Shown here piece after piece: positions 47,801-58,232 of a DNA stretch of 64,000 nucleotides. The position numbers and the translations under genes were made by a program. The notes beneath the pieces were generated by a model, which had not been told where the DNA came from, searched no databases, and worked only from the letters and a program-made list of their open reading frames with translations. This DNA comes from a virus, in the IMG/VR virus record IMGVR_UViG_3300032287_003559, positions 111,136 to 175,135 of that record; one strand, given 5' to 3'. Every line of letters begins with the position of its first letter. Position 1 is the stretch's first letter.

Positions 47801-50706
47801 ATGCACAACCAGTAAAAGAACTTTATCCACAAATTAATCGCGACAATCCAGTTTCTGATCCAGACGAAACAACTTGTTTTGCATCATCATCGACAATCGG
47901 AGAAGTTGTTGTTGATGATGTCCGTAAGAGTGTCACGAAAGAAACTCTTTCTAAAGTTCTAAAAGATATTGATGTTGGAGTTGGAATTACAAATATTGTT
48001 ACAGGAACTGCAACAACTCATACAATCTACACTGCGATTGATCATGGTCTTAATAGAATTACCACAGTCAGTATCGGAAATAGTGGTGCTGGATATGGTT
48101 CTGGTTCTGGAGGTACTCTTTATAATGCCAGACTTGTAGGATTTGCAGGTTCTACAACAGGATTTAACGCAACCGCAAAATTAACCTTAAATGCATCAGG
48201 AAATATTACTGATGTTAAGATTATGGACGGTGGTAGTGCATATGGTATTGGTAATACTCTTGCTGTTGTTGGGGTTGCAACCACAACTGGTTATTCGCAA
48301 GCATATGTAACGGTTACTCAAGTTTATAATAATGTTGGAGATACAGTCAGAGTTTCTGGAGTATCTTCAATTGCATATCAACCATTTAATGATCTTTACA
48401 GAATTACAAACGTTGCTGTAGGTGCCGCAAATAGTTTCACAGTATCCTCAGCATCTTCAATTTCAGTTGGTTCTGCAACAGGAATTGGCGCAACGATTAC
48501 ATCAAATGCATTTGTTTATCTTACAGGAGAAGCAATTCGTATTAGTGCATTAACTTATGATAGAAACGCTGGAATTGCAACTGTTACTACAGTAAACAGA
48601 CATGGATTAAAGGTTGATAATAAAGTTCGCTTTACTGGCGCAAATGAAAGTGTTTATAATGGCGATTTTGTTGTTAAACAAAACATTAGCTTGAATTCAT
48701 TCTCTGTTACTGTTGGTGTCGGCACAACTGCACCTGCAGCAACAGGAACACTATATGCATATAGAGGTGGTGTAACATCCAATAGTGGAGTGATTACCAG
48801 AGAAGATGAAAATCTGAATGGTAGAATGATCACAAATTATGCAGGAATTACTACTACACTATCCGCACTTATTGCCGATGCAACCATAGATCAAATTAAC
48901 ATTCAAGGAGTTGGTAACCTTGATATTAATATTGGAGATTACTTGCAGATTGATGATGAAATTGTAAGAGTAAAAACAACTGTACCAAGCACACCAACAA
49001 ACCCAATTTATGTTTTCCGTGGAGTTCTTGGAACTAGGGCAGTTGCGCACGTAATCAACTCTGTTGTAAGAAGAATCGCAGTAAATCCAGTCGAACTTCG
49101 TAGACATTCAATTATTCGTGCATCAGGTCACACTTTTGAATACGTTGGATTTGGTCCAGGAAACTATTCCACTGCATTCCCAGACAAGCAAGATCGTCAG
49201 ATTTCTGCTACGGAAGAACTTTTGGCTCAATCAACCAGAAGAGATGGTGGAATTAATTTCTATACTGGAATGAATGATAAGGGTATTTCATACTCTGGTA
49301 ATAAGAAGCTAAGCACAGTCACAGGTCAAGAAGAGATTTTTGATACTCCCATTCAAACAATTACTGGTGAAGATATTGGTTCCTTACCATCTCTGAATGT
49401 TATCAATCCTGTTGAAGGATCATTTAGTCGTTCAATTCGTGTTGAAGGTGGTTCTGATAACAAATCAATTTCGGAATTTAATGGTCCTGTAGTATTCAGT
49501 AACAAGGTAACTTCAACTGCATCTGGCGGTATTGAAGCAAATGTAATTTTCTTGCAGGGAGATTCAACTGTTTCCAGAAGATATACTGTTGGAATCTCAA
49601 CACCTTCTCTCGCAGGTAACCCAGGAGACGTAATTTATTATGAAAGACCAACTAGAGGTGGTTATCTTGGATGGGTCTATACGGCAGATAATGATTGGTA
49701 TCGTTTCGGTCCTGTAAGTCTTGATAAGAACTCAAATATTGGTTTATTTGATCAAGTTGGAATTGCAACCACAGGTCCTGCAACAAATCGTCTTCAAATT
49801 GGATCAGGATCTTCTCTTGTTGCGATTACTACAACTGGTGGTGTTGGTATTGCGACTACTGCAAACCAATTTAAACTTCATGTAAATGGTAACACTAATA
49901 TTATAGGTACGTGCTATGCATCTTATTTTGCTGGAGATGGAAGTGCTTTAACAAACCTAAATGCAAGCGCGACTGGTTGGACTAACATATCTGGTGGACT
50001 TTATAACACTAATTTAAATAACGTTGGTATAGGTACATCAGTTCCAAGATTTAACTTGGAAGTTGGTGCAGTTGGATCTTCTTCCACAACATTATATGTA
50101 AATGGTAGAGCAGTATTTGCGGGAATTGTTACTGCGAATAATGCATTTGTAAGTGGAATGTTAACTGCGACTGCATTTGATCTTAAAGCAGCTGCTGGAC
50201 AAATTACTGCTGGTATAGTCACTGCCACTACATTATCTGTTGGTAGTAATGGAATTACTCTCACAACTAGTGGTGCATCAGTTGGTGTAGGTACACTCTC
50301 ACCAAGAACAAAATTTGATGTTGAGGGATTAACAAGACTAAAAACATATGCAGAATCAGTTCAAACTGTTTCAAGTTCTTTCAATGTTGTTACTTTAGAC
50401 CTTTCACAATCACAAACATTTAATCTGACTGTGACTGAAGCGATTAATCAATTTACAATTACAAACCCACCAGCAGATTCAAGTTCATTCACGATTAAAA
50501 TCACACAAAATGCGACTGGTGGATATGCGGTTGGAATTGATACATTTAAAACTTCTGGAGGTGTAGATATTCCGGTTTACTGGCCAGCTGGTGGGGTTTT
50601 ACCAATCGTAACACCAACAGCAAACAGATCAGATATCTATTCATTCAAGACATTTGATAGTGGTTCAACATGGTACGGAGTGGTTGTTGGACAAAACTTT
50701 AACTAA
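44869..50706 (+). CDS. Very large virion structural / tail fibre protein (1945 aa)
   Basis: MGLSRLDNFL..PFKTIQRAL N-terminus, beta-rich repeats, VGIGT repeats; ATAAATA upstream. Confidence 0.8.
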   Translation: MGLSRLDNFLKSVRGTILYVDPNSLDATDSIENQGNSLTRPFKTIQRALIEAARFSYQRGLNNDRFGKTTILLYPGDHVVDNRPGWIPDGSNNFRLRNGSTSNDFPPFDLITNFDVTTQDNQLYKLNSIYGGVIVPRGTSIVGLDLRKTKIRPKYVPDPTNNSIERSTIFRITGGCYFWQFSMFDADPNGQCYIDYTSNLFVPNFSHHKLTCFEYADGVNNVSINDDFISGYTSDRTDLDMYYEKVGLAYGQSSGRAIEPDYPSTGLDIQPKIDEYRIVGPTGGSVGITSIKAGNGVTPTTIVTVTTSSSVDGLDVDTSFRIQGISVTGYNGQFTVSEKLSDTQFTYQVQNAPASALPSVAGATLSLSSDTVASASPYIFNISLRSVYGMCGVLADGDKASGFKSVVIAQFTGIGLQKDDNAFVVYNSSTGQYDDTTVAGNETISNNSRAIFKPSYRNFHIKAINDAFIQNVSIFAIGYAEHFAVESGGDFSVTNSNSNFGAKALVATGFRRNAFPQDDQGYITHIIPPKEVSITETAIEFNSIDVSRTVGVASTGNLYLYNQTNFDVPPENVLEGYRIGARENDQLKVLISTAGIVTEFTSRIVMPGSQSSSEKRFYVNRNAVGINSISNNTFTLTQNHTLFNGESIRIISDTGQIPDGLSPNTVYYAITSDNTSSGLTTTSQIKVAKTKNDAVNATAISVNNKGGLLSIVSRVSDKDSGDIGHPIQYDSTNSQWYIKVAAAATENSIYSRVVSLGTALLGAATPRTYITRKQDNRSSTDTIYRVRYVIPQSTGSVAARPPSDGFILQESNTSIGSTNGEIQTYFGSGSITNVNQQRNFRFIAGANWSGSVANITTELPHNLSVGSIVELVNVKSSTNPTAASNSGFNGTYVVSGISSSKNFSVGLTTNPGTFSNDTSSRTTALPYFKRKNYKNTYYVYRNQEAQKYISGQQDGIYYLTLVNSSNSPIVTPFTQEKYAQPVKELYPQINRDNPVSDPDETTCFASSSTIGEVVVDDVRKSVTKETLSKVLKDIDVGVGITNIVTGTATTHTIYTAIDHGLNRITTVSIGNSGAGYGSGSGGTLYNARLVGFAGSTTGFNATAKLTLNASGNITDVKIMDGGSAYGIGNTLAVVGVATTTGYSQAYVTVTQVYNNVGDTVRVSGVSSIAYQPFNDLYRITNVAVGAANSFTVSSASSISVGSATGIGATITSNAFVYLTGEAIRISALTYDRNAGIATVTTVNRHGLKVDNKVRFTGANESVYNGDFVVKQNISLNSFSVTVGVGTTAPAATGTLYAYRGGVTSNSGVITREDENLNGRMITNYAGITTTLSALIADATIDQINIQGVGNLDINIGDYLQIDDEIVRVKTTVPSTPTNPIYVFRGVLGTRAVAHVINSVVRRIAVNPVELRRHSIIRASGHTFEYVGFGPGNYSTAFPDKQDRQISATEELLAQSTRRDGGINFYTGMNDKGISYSGNKKLSTVTGQEEIFDTPIQTITGEDIGSLPSLNVINPVEGSFSRSIRVEGGSDNKSISEFNGPVVFSNKVTSTASGGIEANVIFLQGDSTVSRRYTVGISTPSLAGNPGDVIYYERPTRGGYLGWVYTADNDWYRFGPVSLDKNSNIGLFDQVGIATTGPATNRLQIGSGSSLVAITTTGGVGIATTANQFKLHVNGNTNIIGTCYASYFAGDGSALTNLNASATGWTNISGGLYNTNLNNVGIGTSVPRFNLEVGAVGSSSTTLYVNGRAVFAGIVTANNAFVSGMLTATAFDLKAAAGQITAGIVTATTLSVGSNGITLTTSGASVGVGTLSPRTKFDVEGLTRLKTYAESVQTVSSSFNVVTLDLSQSQTFNLTVTEAINQFTITNPPADSSSFTIKITQNATGGYAVGIDTFKTSGGVDIPVYWPAGGVLPIVTPTANRSDIYSFKTFDSGSTWYGVVVGQNFN

Positions 50707-50717
50707 AGGAGTTTAAG

Positions 50718-52343
50718 ATGTTAAGCAAACAAACTACATTAGATCTTAACGGTCCTTTTCTATCGTTTGTCCAACAACCAACTTCAGTATCTGTTGCAAA
50801 CTCTGGAATTGCAACGTTTATTGGAGTTGCAACAGCAACATTTCCAACTCAATCTCCAATAAATCCAGCATCAAACAGTGGATATATTTCTTATCAATGG
50901 TACGAATCAGATCAAGCATTAACAGATAATGCAAATATAACTGGTTCTGCTACAACAACTCTTACGGTTTCTAACATCGTAAGTCCAACTGATAATGGTC
51001 GGTCATTCTATCTGCAAGCAGACTATGTTGCTTCTGCATATGGACAATCACCAATTACAGTTGGAACTGCAAGGTCTACAGGTAACGCAGTAAATGACCC
51101 TATCAGCACAAATTCTGTTTCATTAACAGTTTATCCTTTAGTTTCAGTTACAACACAACCAACATCACAAACTGCATCTCAAACAAGAACTGCAACATTT
51201 ACTGTAAGTGGAACGTCAAATGATGGATCTGCCGTCACATACCAATGGTATATTAATAACGTTGCAGTTAATAATGGATCAAACTCTATTAGTGGAGCAA
51301 TTTTCACTGTTTCTGGAGCAACATCACAAACTCTCTCTGCATCTGGAGATACTATAGGAACATATAATATTACCGCAAAAATCTTCCATCCAACAGCAAG
51401 TAATTCTCCAGTAACAAGTAACACTGCGATCTTTTCAGTTGTTTCTGCAAGGCAAATTATTAGTGTAGAACTTGTTCCAGGAAATGGTGGTAATGCAACA
51501 TTATATACATGGAATCTTTTTAGTCAAGGGCAATTTAGCATTGGTCCCGGAGAAGTACCTGCACCAAATATCATGTCTTTTTATGCTTCAGAAACTGATC
51601 TTGACGTTTTTATTGATATTTCTGCAAATGCTGGATCAGATTATGGTAGTTATAAAGGTGGGCACGGTGGAATGTCTACGATTAGACTAACACTTCAAAA
51701 AAATATAGAATATGTGATCACCTCTATAGCTCAGGTTAATGCTGGAAGTGGAATTTTCTTCTACAGAAAATCGAGATTAATTGCATGTGTTGGTGGTGGA
51801 GGGAATGCTGGATCTGCAGGAAATGGTGGCGATGGTGGTGGAGTGAATGTCGCAGGTGCAGATGGTTCTGGTAGAGGTGCTGGAACTGGTGGTTCGCTAT
51901 ATCTTCCAGGCACATTACCTTCCAATGGTATTTTTGGATCTATTACTGCTATTACTCCTAAAGCAGGAGACACTCAAGCATCTGCTCCTAATGGTGGTAG
52001 ATGTATTCCTTGTCCTAGGGGAGATTATTGGTATAATCTTGGATATAGTGCTTGTTCTGATCTTGGTGATATTCAGTTTCGTGTTGCGAATGGTAGTCTA
52101 AGCTCAAATACTGCAGTTGTATCCAGAGGATTTAAAGCGGGTTATGGTATTCGTAATACTGCAGGTGCTGGTTTAAGTGGTGGTGGAAATGGTGGAAATG
52201 GTGCTACTGGTGGAAATGGCGGAAATGGTGGTGGAGGAGGTGGAGGAGGATCTGGATATACTGATGGATCTGTGACTGTAGTTTCTACTCGCCAAGGTGG
52301 AAATACAACCACAGGAAGAATTATAATTAGAAGTGCTATCTAA
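50718..52343 (+). CDS. Adhesin-like protein with Ig-like domains and a glycine-rich C-terminus
   Basis: QQP.S...ATF..SYQW twice; GGGGGSGY glycine-rich domain. Confidence 0.75.
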   Translation: MLSKQTTLDLNGPFLSFVQQPTSVSVANSGIATFIGVATATFPTQSPINPASNSGYISYQWYESDQALTDNANITGSATTTLTVSNIVSPTDNGRSFYLQADYVASAYGQSPITVGTARSTGNAVNDPISTNSVSLTVYPLVSVTTQPTSQTASQTRTATFTVSGTSNDGSAVTYQWYINNVAVNNGSNSISGAIFTVSGATSQTLSASGDTIGTYNITAKIFHPTASNSPVTSNTAIFSVVSARQIISVELVPGNGGNATLYTWNLFSQGQFSIGPGEVPAPNIMSFYASETDLDVFIDISANAGSDYGSYKGGHGGMSTIRLTLQKNIEYVITSIAQVNAGSGIFFYRKSRLIACVGGGGNAGSAGNGGDGGGVNVAGADGSGRGAGTGGSLYLPGTLPSNGIFGSITAITPKAGDTQASAPNGGRCIPCPRGDYWYNLGYSACSDLGDIQFRVANGSLSSNTAVVSRGFKAGYGIRNTAGAGLSGGGNGGNGATGGNGGNGGGGGGGGSGYTDGSVTVVSTRQGGNTTTGRIIIRSAI

Positions 52344-52381
52344 CTAAATAATAATAACTAACAGGTTGGCGCTCTCCACCT

Positions 52382-53884
52382 ATGGCTATTAATAAGGCTT
52401 TTGTAGTCAAGAATTCTTTAGAGGTTAATCAGAAACTTATCCTTGCCGATGCTACAACTGGTAGAGTAGGTATCGGCACTTCTCAACCAAAGTATTTGCT
52501 TGATGTTGCAGGTGGTATTGGTGTAACTGATATTTACGCAGTAGGTGTTGCGACATTTACTGGAAGATTAAATGTAGGAACTGGTGGAACAGTAATAACT
52601 GCATTAGGTACTGGTTTAATCGGTGTTGGAACAATAAATCCAGTTTATCTATTAGATGTTCGTTCTCCAGTTTCTATAGGGCAAACTGCACTTTATGTTA
52701 GAGGTGATGCAAGAATTACTGGAGATTTAGTCGTTGAAGATGATTTAATTCTTGATGAAATTACAACACGCAATATTAATGTTACTGGTGTTTCAACATT
52801 TAGTGCTGGACCGGTAATTATTGGTGCTGCTACATCAACAGGAACCGCATCACAAACACTTCAAGTTACTGGTGGTGGTTATGTTTCTGGTTCTGTTGGT
52901 ATTGGTGTTACTAATCCAGTGGCAACATTAGATGTTGGTGGAAATATAAAACTTGGTGCTAATAATGTTATTTGGGGACTAAATCAAAGCACTAATTATT
53001 TACGTTTATATAACACTTCAACTAATGGGGTTGATTTATTTTCATCTAGTGTATTAACTTTCAATACTAATTCACTAGAAAGAGCAAGATTTGATGCTGG
53101 TGGCAATTTCTTAGTTGGCTCAGCAAGCACAACAGGAACAGCATCACAACCACTTCAAGTCACTGGTGGTGGTTATATTTCTGGTTCTGTTGGTATTGGA
53201 ACCACAAACCCACAAGGAAAACTTCATGTTCAGGATGGAACTATTGTATCATACAATGGTCCATTAGGAGGAATAACGACTGCAATACAATTATTTCCAT
53301 CTACATTATCCAATACTTCTGGAACTGGACAAAGAATTGAATTTAGAACTGATGTACTTTCTGGTTATATTGAAGGTGTAAGGGATACTGCAGGTGGTCC
53401 CACCGTGTCTATGAGACTTGGAACCTATGGTGGTGAAGCAATAAGAATTTTAGGAACAGGTAATGTTGGTATTGGATCTACTATACCCCAAGTTAGATTA
53501 GATGTTGTAGGAAATGCTGCAATTAGTGGATTTGCAACAATTTCTGCATTAGGAGTTAGTGGAATAACCACTACAAGAAATCTTCAAGTAATTGGCGTAT
53601 CAACATTAGGAACTGTTCAAGTTTCTTCAGGAATTGTTACGGCATCTGCAGGTATTGTTACATATTATGGTGATGGATCTAAATTAACAGGTGTAATTGC
53701 ATCTGGTGGAGGTACAATCGGTGTTCGTTCTGAGGGTTCTTATGTTGGTGGTGGAGTTACAACTCTTGATTTTAAAACAACAACAGGAACAAACGTCGCA
53801 GTAAGTGCGCCAGTTTCTGGTGTTTCAACTGTTACAATACAACCCGGGGTATCACTTGGACTTGCAATCGCTTTAGGCGGTTAA
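52382..53884 (+). CDS. Tail-fibre-like protein
   Basis: Many GxVGIGxTxP repeats; ends LAIALGG. Confidence 0.75.
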   Translation: MAINKAFVVKNSLEVNQKLILADATTGRVGIGTSQPKYLLDVAGGIGVTDIYAVGVATFTGRLNVGTGGTVITALGTGLIGVGTINPVYLLDVRSPVSIGQTALYVRGDARITGDLVVEDDLILDEITTRNINVTGVSTFSAGPVIIGAATSTGTASQTLQVTGGGYVSGSVGIGVTNPVATLDVGGNIKLGANNVIWGLNQSTNYLRLYNTSTNGVDLFSSSVLTFNTNSLERARFDAGGNFLVGSASTTGTASQPLQVTGGGYISGSVGIGTTNPQGKLHVQDGTIVSYNGPLGGITTAIQLFPSTLSNTSGTGQRIEFRTDVLSGYIEGVRDTAGGPTVSMRLGTYGGEAIRILGTGNVGIGSTIPQVRLDVVGNAAISGFATISALGVSGITTTRNLQVIGVSTLGTVQVSSGIVTASAGIVTYYGDGSKLTGVIASGGGTIGVRSEGSYVGGGVTTLDFKTTTGTNVAVSAPVSGVSTVTIQPGVSLGLAIALGG

Positions 53885-53910
53885 TAAATAACACTAACAC
53901 ATAAAGAACA

Positions 53911-54441
53911 ATGGCAGAGTCATTTACAAACGCACTTAGAAAAGCAGTAGGAGTGGTAACAACCAGTTCTTCAGGTTCAATTGGTGTCAATGCAACAACA
54001 ATTACTGGAATTTCAACCGCAGGAGTTGCAGTTGGATACCTTGTAGATAATGGAAACTTTATTGGTGGATCAAGAGTTTCTGTAGTTGGGGTATCTCAAG
54101 TTACTGTTGATAGCACTTCAACAAATACTACAGCAACATCTTCACAGGTAGTTAATTTTGTTGGTCTTACTACAGTTTATGCATCAACGGGACAGAAGAG
54201 TATTTTGATTGGTGGTACTTTAGCAAACAATACAACTAATCAGGTTTCTGCGACTGTTCAAATATCAAGTGGTTCAACAAGTTATAACTTACTTTATAAA
54301 GTTCCTATACCTGCAGGAAGTTCTGTTGTTATTAGTGATGCTGGTAAAACACTTTTAGCTTCAAATGATGAAATTCGTGTCGGATCAAGTGTCGCAAGTT
54401 CTCTTGATGTGACTCTTGCGATTTTACAAGGAGTTAGCTAA
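53911..54441 (+). CDS. Virion structural protein
   Basis: S/T/V-rich; LYKVPIPAGSS..LDVTLAIL. Confidence 0.65.
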   Translation: MAESFTNALRKAVGVVTTSSSGSIGVNATTITGISTAGVAVGYLVDNGNFIGGSRVSVVGVSQVTVDSTSTNTTATSSQVVNFVGLTTVYASTGQKSILIGGTLANNTTNQVSATVQISSGSTSYNLLYKVPIPAGSSVVISDAGKTLLASNDEIRVGSSVASSLDVTLAILQGVS

Positions 54442-56174
54442 TGACTGCAAAATACGGTTATATTGGATACGGTCCCGATACATCTCCAATTGTTGTTGCA
54501 AAACAAGTATTTTCTCCAACAGGAGTTCAGACGAATTTCACATTCGCTGCAGGATATCAAATTGGATATATTGATTTATATTTGAATGGCGCAAAGCAGA
54601 TTGAAGGTCAAGATTTTAATGCAACCGATACTTCAACGGTAAGTTTAATATCTCCAGCTCAAAGTGGTGATGTTGTTGAATTAGTAGCATATAAAGCATA
54701 CAATCTTGCTGCTCCAAGTTCTGTTGGTAATTTTACTGTTGGCGGAAATCTTACTGTTACTGGTAATGAAACAGTAACAACACTTGCAGCAACAAGTTCT
54801 GTTGGTATCGGTACTACTTTCACTGTATTTTCAACACCACCATATCAATTAACAGTTACTGCTCCAGGTGCAATACCAACACCAGCACTTTCTTATTGTG
54901 TTGCTGATTTTACAAATAATATTAATGGATATTCTCAGGTTAATATCCGAAATGCAAATACAAGTTTTAATGCATCCGGTGATTTAGTAATTACAACTGA
55001 TAATGGTACTGATACTACTAACTTTATTGATTTAGGTATTAATAATACCGGTTTTAATACTTCAACATGGACAGTGAATGGTGCATTAGACGGATACTTA
55101 TATTCCTCAAATACTAACTTTTCAATCGGTGTAGGACTACCAAACCGCTATCTTTCATTCTTTACTGGTGGAACACTAGCAGCAAACGAAAGAATGCGAA
55201 TTACTGATACTGGTGTTAGTATAGGTTCAACAACTACAACAGGAACAGCATCACAACCACTTCAAGTTACTGGTGGTGCTTATTTTTCTGGAGTTGGAAC
55301 CACTCCTGGAAGTATTGGTGTAGGCATTACTCTTCCTCAAGGTGGTATTGATATTCGTACTTCTCCGCAATGGAGTACTTTTAACTATGGTGCAAATCTT
55401 ATTCTTGGTGGATCAAGAAATAATGGACTTGGTATTTTAGATTTTAGTAATAGTAATCCATGGGCAATTGTTAATGGAAGTGGTACATTAGTAATTGCCG
55501 CAATGCCTTCTTTGGGAGATACTACTAGTGCTGCTAATAGTGGAATTTTCAATATTCAAAGAAACGGAAATATATTAATAGGGACTGGTTCTTCAACAGG
55601 AACCGCATCACAACCACTTCAAGTTACTGGTGGTGCTTATGTAAGTGGTAATGTTGGAGTTGGAACCACAAATCCAACATCAACTCTACAAATTACTGGA
55701 GGAGATTCAAGATTTGGTGGTGTTATAGAGACCGTTTCAACAGCAACGACATATACTTCTACATCTGGTGCATTAGTTGTTGAGATGGATGTGAGAAGGG
55801 CAACAACTTATACGTATACAATACCAACTAATGCTAATATTGGTATTGTTTCATTCAGGAATATGCCTGCACAAACAAATAATCCAAGCGGAACAACTAT
55901 TACATTAATTGCCACTCAAAATGCTGCAGGAAGTGCAAATACAACTGCTGGAACAGGTATTGGAACAAATATTACTGTTAATGGTTATGAAAATGGTGTA
56001 GCAGTCGCAGGTATTTCAACTAGAGCACTTGTGAGTGCTGGGTCTACTATTACACTTTCGACATCTGGTAGTGATAGAGATTTTATTTCTTTCTTTATCA
56101 ATTATACGGGCGGTACAAATACAAGTGCTGCAAGTTATCAAGTTTATGCTACGAGAAATGGTGGATTTAGGTAA
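54441..56174 (+). CDS. Tail-fibre-like protein
   Basis: DLYLNGAK..GDVVE N-terminal module; TGTASQPLQVTGG repeats. Confidence 0.75.
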   Translation: MTAKYGYIGYGPDTSPIVVAKQVFSPTGVQTNFTFAAGYQIGYIDLYLNGAKQIEGQDFNATDTSTVSLISPAQSGDVVELVAYKAYNLAAPSSVGNFTVGGNLTVTGNETVTTLAATSSVGIGTTFTVFSTPPYQLTVTAPGAIPTPALSYCVADFTNNINGYSQVNIRNANTSFNASGDLVITTDNGTDTTNFIDLGINNTGFNTSTWTVNGALDGYLYSSNTNFSIGVGLPNRYLSFFTGGTLAANERMRITDTGVSIGSTTTTGTASQPLQVTGGAYFSGVGTTPGSIGVGITLPQGGIDIRTSPQWSTFNYGANLILGGSRNNGLGILDFSNSNPWAIVNGSGTLVIAAMPSLGDTTSAANSGIFNIQRNGNILIGTGSSTGTASQPLQVTGGAYVSGNVGVGTTNPTSTLQITGGDSRFGGVIETVSTATTYTSTSGALVVEMDVRRATTYTYTIPTNANIGIVSFRNMPAQTNNPSGTTITLIATQNAAGSANTTAGTGIGTNITVNGYENGVAVAGISTRALVSAGSTITLSTSGSDRDFISFFINYTGGTNTSAASYQVYATRNGGFR

Positions 56175-56184
56175 GGGGTAAGTT

Positions 56185-56883
56185 ATGTCTCCAATTTTTA
56201 CTGGATCAAAGATTGGATTTAGTCGAAATCCTATCACACCATTTGGTCTCACTTCACCCACAACAATTTACACATTTGATAATACAGATGTTGCAACTAT
56301 TGGAAGTTTTGGAACTTTATCAGTTTCTGGGACATATACAGCAACCTCTTCAACTGGAGCAAATGCATCAAACACTTATTTGAGAAGCAATGCAGTATAC
56401 TTTACATATTCAGCACCTTCGGTAATTACAGTTGAACAAACTTTATATGTAACTGGAAATTTAAGAGGATCAACTGCCTCATATGTTGATGCTGGATGGG
56501 CAATGGGAATATCAAATAGTCTAGGATCTACTACAGGTGTTATAGCAGCAGCAGTTCAACTTTGCAGTAATGGTATTATATTTTGGGTTAATGGTTTAGA
56601 ATCACATACTTTATCGAAAACAATAAATTTAAATGATCCTATCGCAATCAGAATAGAAAAAAACGGAACTAGTTATACTGCTAGATATGCATTTTCTGAT
56701 GGAACAACCAGTAAAACTACCACCTCTACTAGTGCTACAGCAGCATCGTATCTTTCATTTGGTGGGTATGGTCCAGTTTATAGTAGTGTAACTGGATATT
56801 GGGGACAATCTGCGGCAAAAAATACTGCTTCAATTGATGACCCAATGCAATTGATTAATAAAAGATTTATTAATTATATTTAA
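56185..56883 (+). CDS. Putative receptor-binding/lectin-like protein
   Basis: Starts MSPIFTG; beta-rich; follows a fibre gene. Confidence 0.55.
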   Translation: MSPIFTGSKIGFSRNPITPFGLTSPTTIYTFDNTDVATIGSFGTLSVSGTYTATSSTGANASNTYLRSNAVYFTYSAPSVITVEQTLYVTGNLRGSTASYVDAGWAMGISNSLGSTTGVIAAAVQLCSNGIIFWVNGLESHTLSKTINLNDPIAIRIEKNGTSYTARYAFSDGTTSKTTTSTSATAASYLSFGGYGPVYSSVTGYWGQSAAKNTASIDDPMQLINKRFINYI

Positions 56884-56939
56884 ATTGATTTTTTAATCTC
56901 TTATTTATTTTTACCATAAATAACTAAAAAAGTAATACT

Positions 56940-57530
56940 ATGGCAATAGGTAATCCCGTATCACTCACGGGTAATATTTCATCAAAATCTATAAGTGTTA
57001 CTGCTACTGCTGGACAAACTCTCTTTATCGTTACTGGTGGATATAGAGTTAATCAGTTAGAAGTATATAAAAATGGTGTTTGTTTAATTGATAGTTCAGA
57101 TTATAGTGCTCGTGATGGATCATCTGTAACTTTACTCTCTGCAGCAAATGCAGGAGACGTGATTGAATTTCGTATTTTCGATACATTCCGCGCTGCTGAT
57201 GTAGTTAGTGCGAACGATCCAAGTGTAAATTTTGCAGGAAATCTTGGTGTTGGTGGAACTGTAACAGCAAGTAATTTTTCAGGCAATGGTTCAAGTCTTA
57301 CCAATGTTAACTCTGGTTTTGGTATTCCTGTAAATGATGCAGATAGATTATTCAATTATGTTTCAGCATCATCCACAGTAACTGCAAATCTTGTTCTAGA
57401 TACAACTAATGCAGGATTAAGTAGTTCGTATGTTTTTACAGTGTCTCCAACTATTACTGTTGCATCTGGTATTGGAGTCACCGTACAAACTGGCAAAACT
57501 CTTATAATTGATGTACTAAAAATAGAATAG
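56940..57530 (+). CDS. Virion structural protein
   Basis: ATAGQT, EVYKNGV, AGDVIE module. Confidence 0.65.
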   Translation: MAIGNPVSLTGNISSKSISVTATAGQTLFIVTGGYRVNQLEVYKNGVCLIDSSDYSARDGSSVTLLSAANAGDVIEFRIFDTFRAADVVSANDPSVNFAGNLGVGGTVTASNFSGNGSSLTNVNSGFGIPVNDADRLFNYVSASSTVTANLVLDTTNAGLSSSYVFTVSPTITVASGIGVTVQTGKTLIIDVLKIE

Positions 57531-57540
57531 GAGATACTTA

Positions 57541-58230
57541 ATGTCAAAAATTACTGCAAGTTCTATTACTGGACTAACAGGAGCACCTAATTTTACAAAT
57601 GGAGCAGTAGTAACTGGTGTTATTACTTCCACTACTTTTAGTGGTATTACAACATCGCTTAATGTAACAAATCCAAGCATCGGAATTGGTTTTACAACTA
57701 CACCATCCGATACTTTTGCAGATGGTGATGGAATTGTAATTTATGGAACAACTAATAAAACTTTAACGTATAGTAATACGAAAAAAGCATTTGAGTCAAA
57801 TATTCCTTTTGCAACAAATGAAAGTAGATTTATTACTGGCGCAGAAAAGATAACATTAATTAGCGGAAACACTGTAAATTTAAGTTATAATTCATCTTCA
57901 TCGAATGTAGGATATTGTAGCAATCCAACAGGAGATATTACATTAAATGTAACTGGTATTCCAACAACATCCGACTTTGATAATCATGCAGTTACTTTTA
58001 CTGTGATTGTTAATTCTACAGGAACTGCAAGAACTTGCACCGCAGTTAATTTGAACGGAGTTTCAAGACCTATTCGTTGGTATAATGGTTCTCTTTCTGC
58101 ATCTCTTTCTGGAGTTGCAAATACAATAGCGCAAACAATCTTCAGTTTTACTGGAATTAATACAGTTGGATCTGCATCAACAACTTCTAATTATATTGTT
58201 CTAGGTAACATTAGTGGGGGATATTGGTAA
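57541..58230 (+). CDS. Short fibre/adaptor protein
   Basis: ADGDGIVIYGTTNKTL; C-terminal domain ending SGGYW. Confidence 0.65.
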   Translation: MSKITASSITGLTGAPNFTNGAVVTGVITSTTFSGITTSLNVTNPSIGIGFTTTPSDTFADGDGIVIYGTTNKTLTYSNTKKAFESNIPFATNESRFITGAEKITLISGNTVNLSYNSSSSNVGYCSNPTGDITLNVTGIPTTSDFDNHAVTFTVIVNSTGTARTCTAVNLNGVSRPIRWYNGSLSASLSGVANTIAQTIFSFTGINTVGSASTTSNYIVLGNISGGYW

Positions 58231-58232
58231 TT

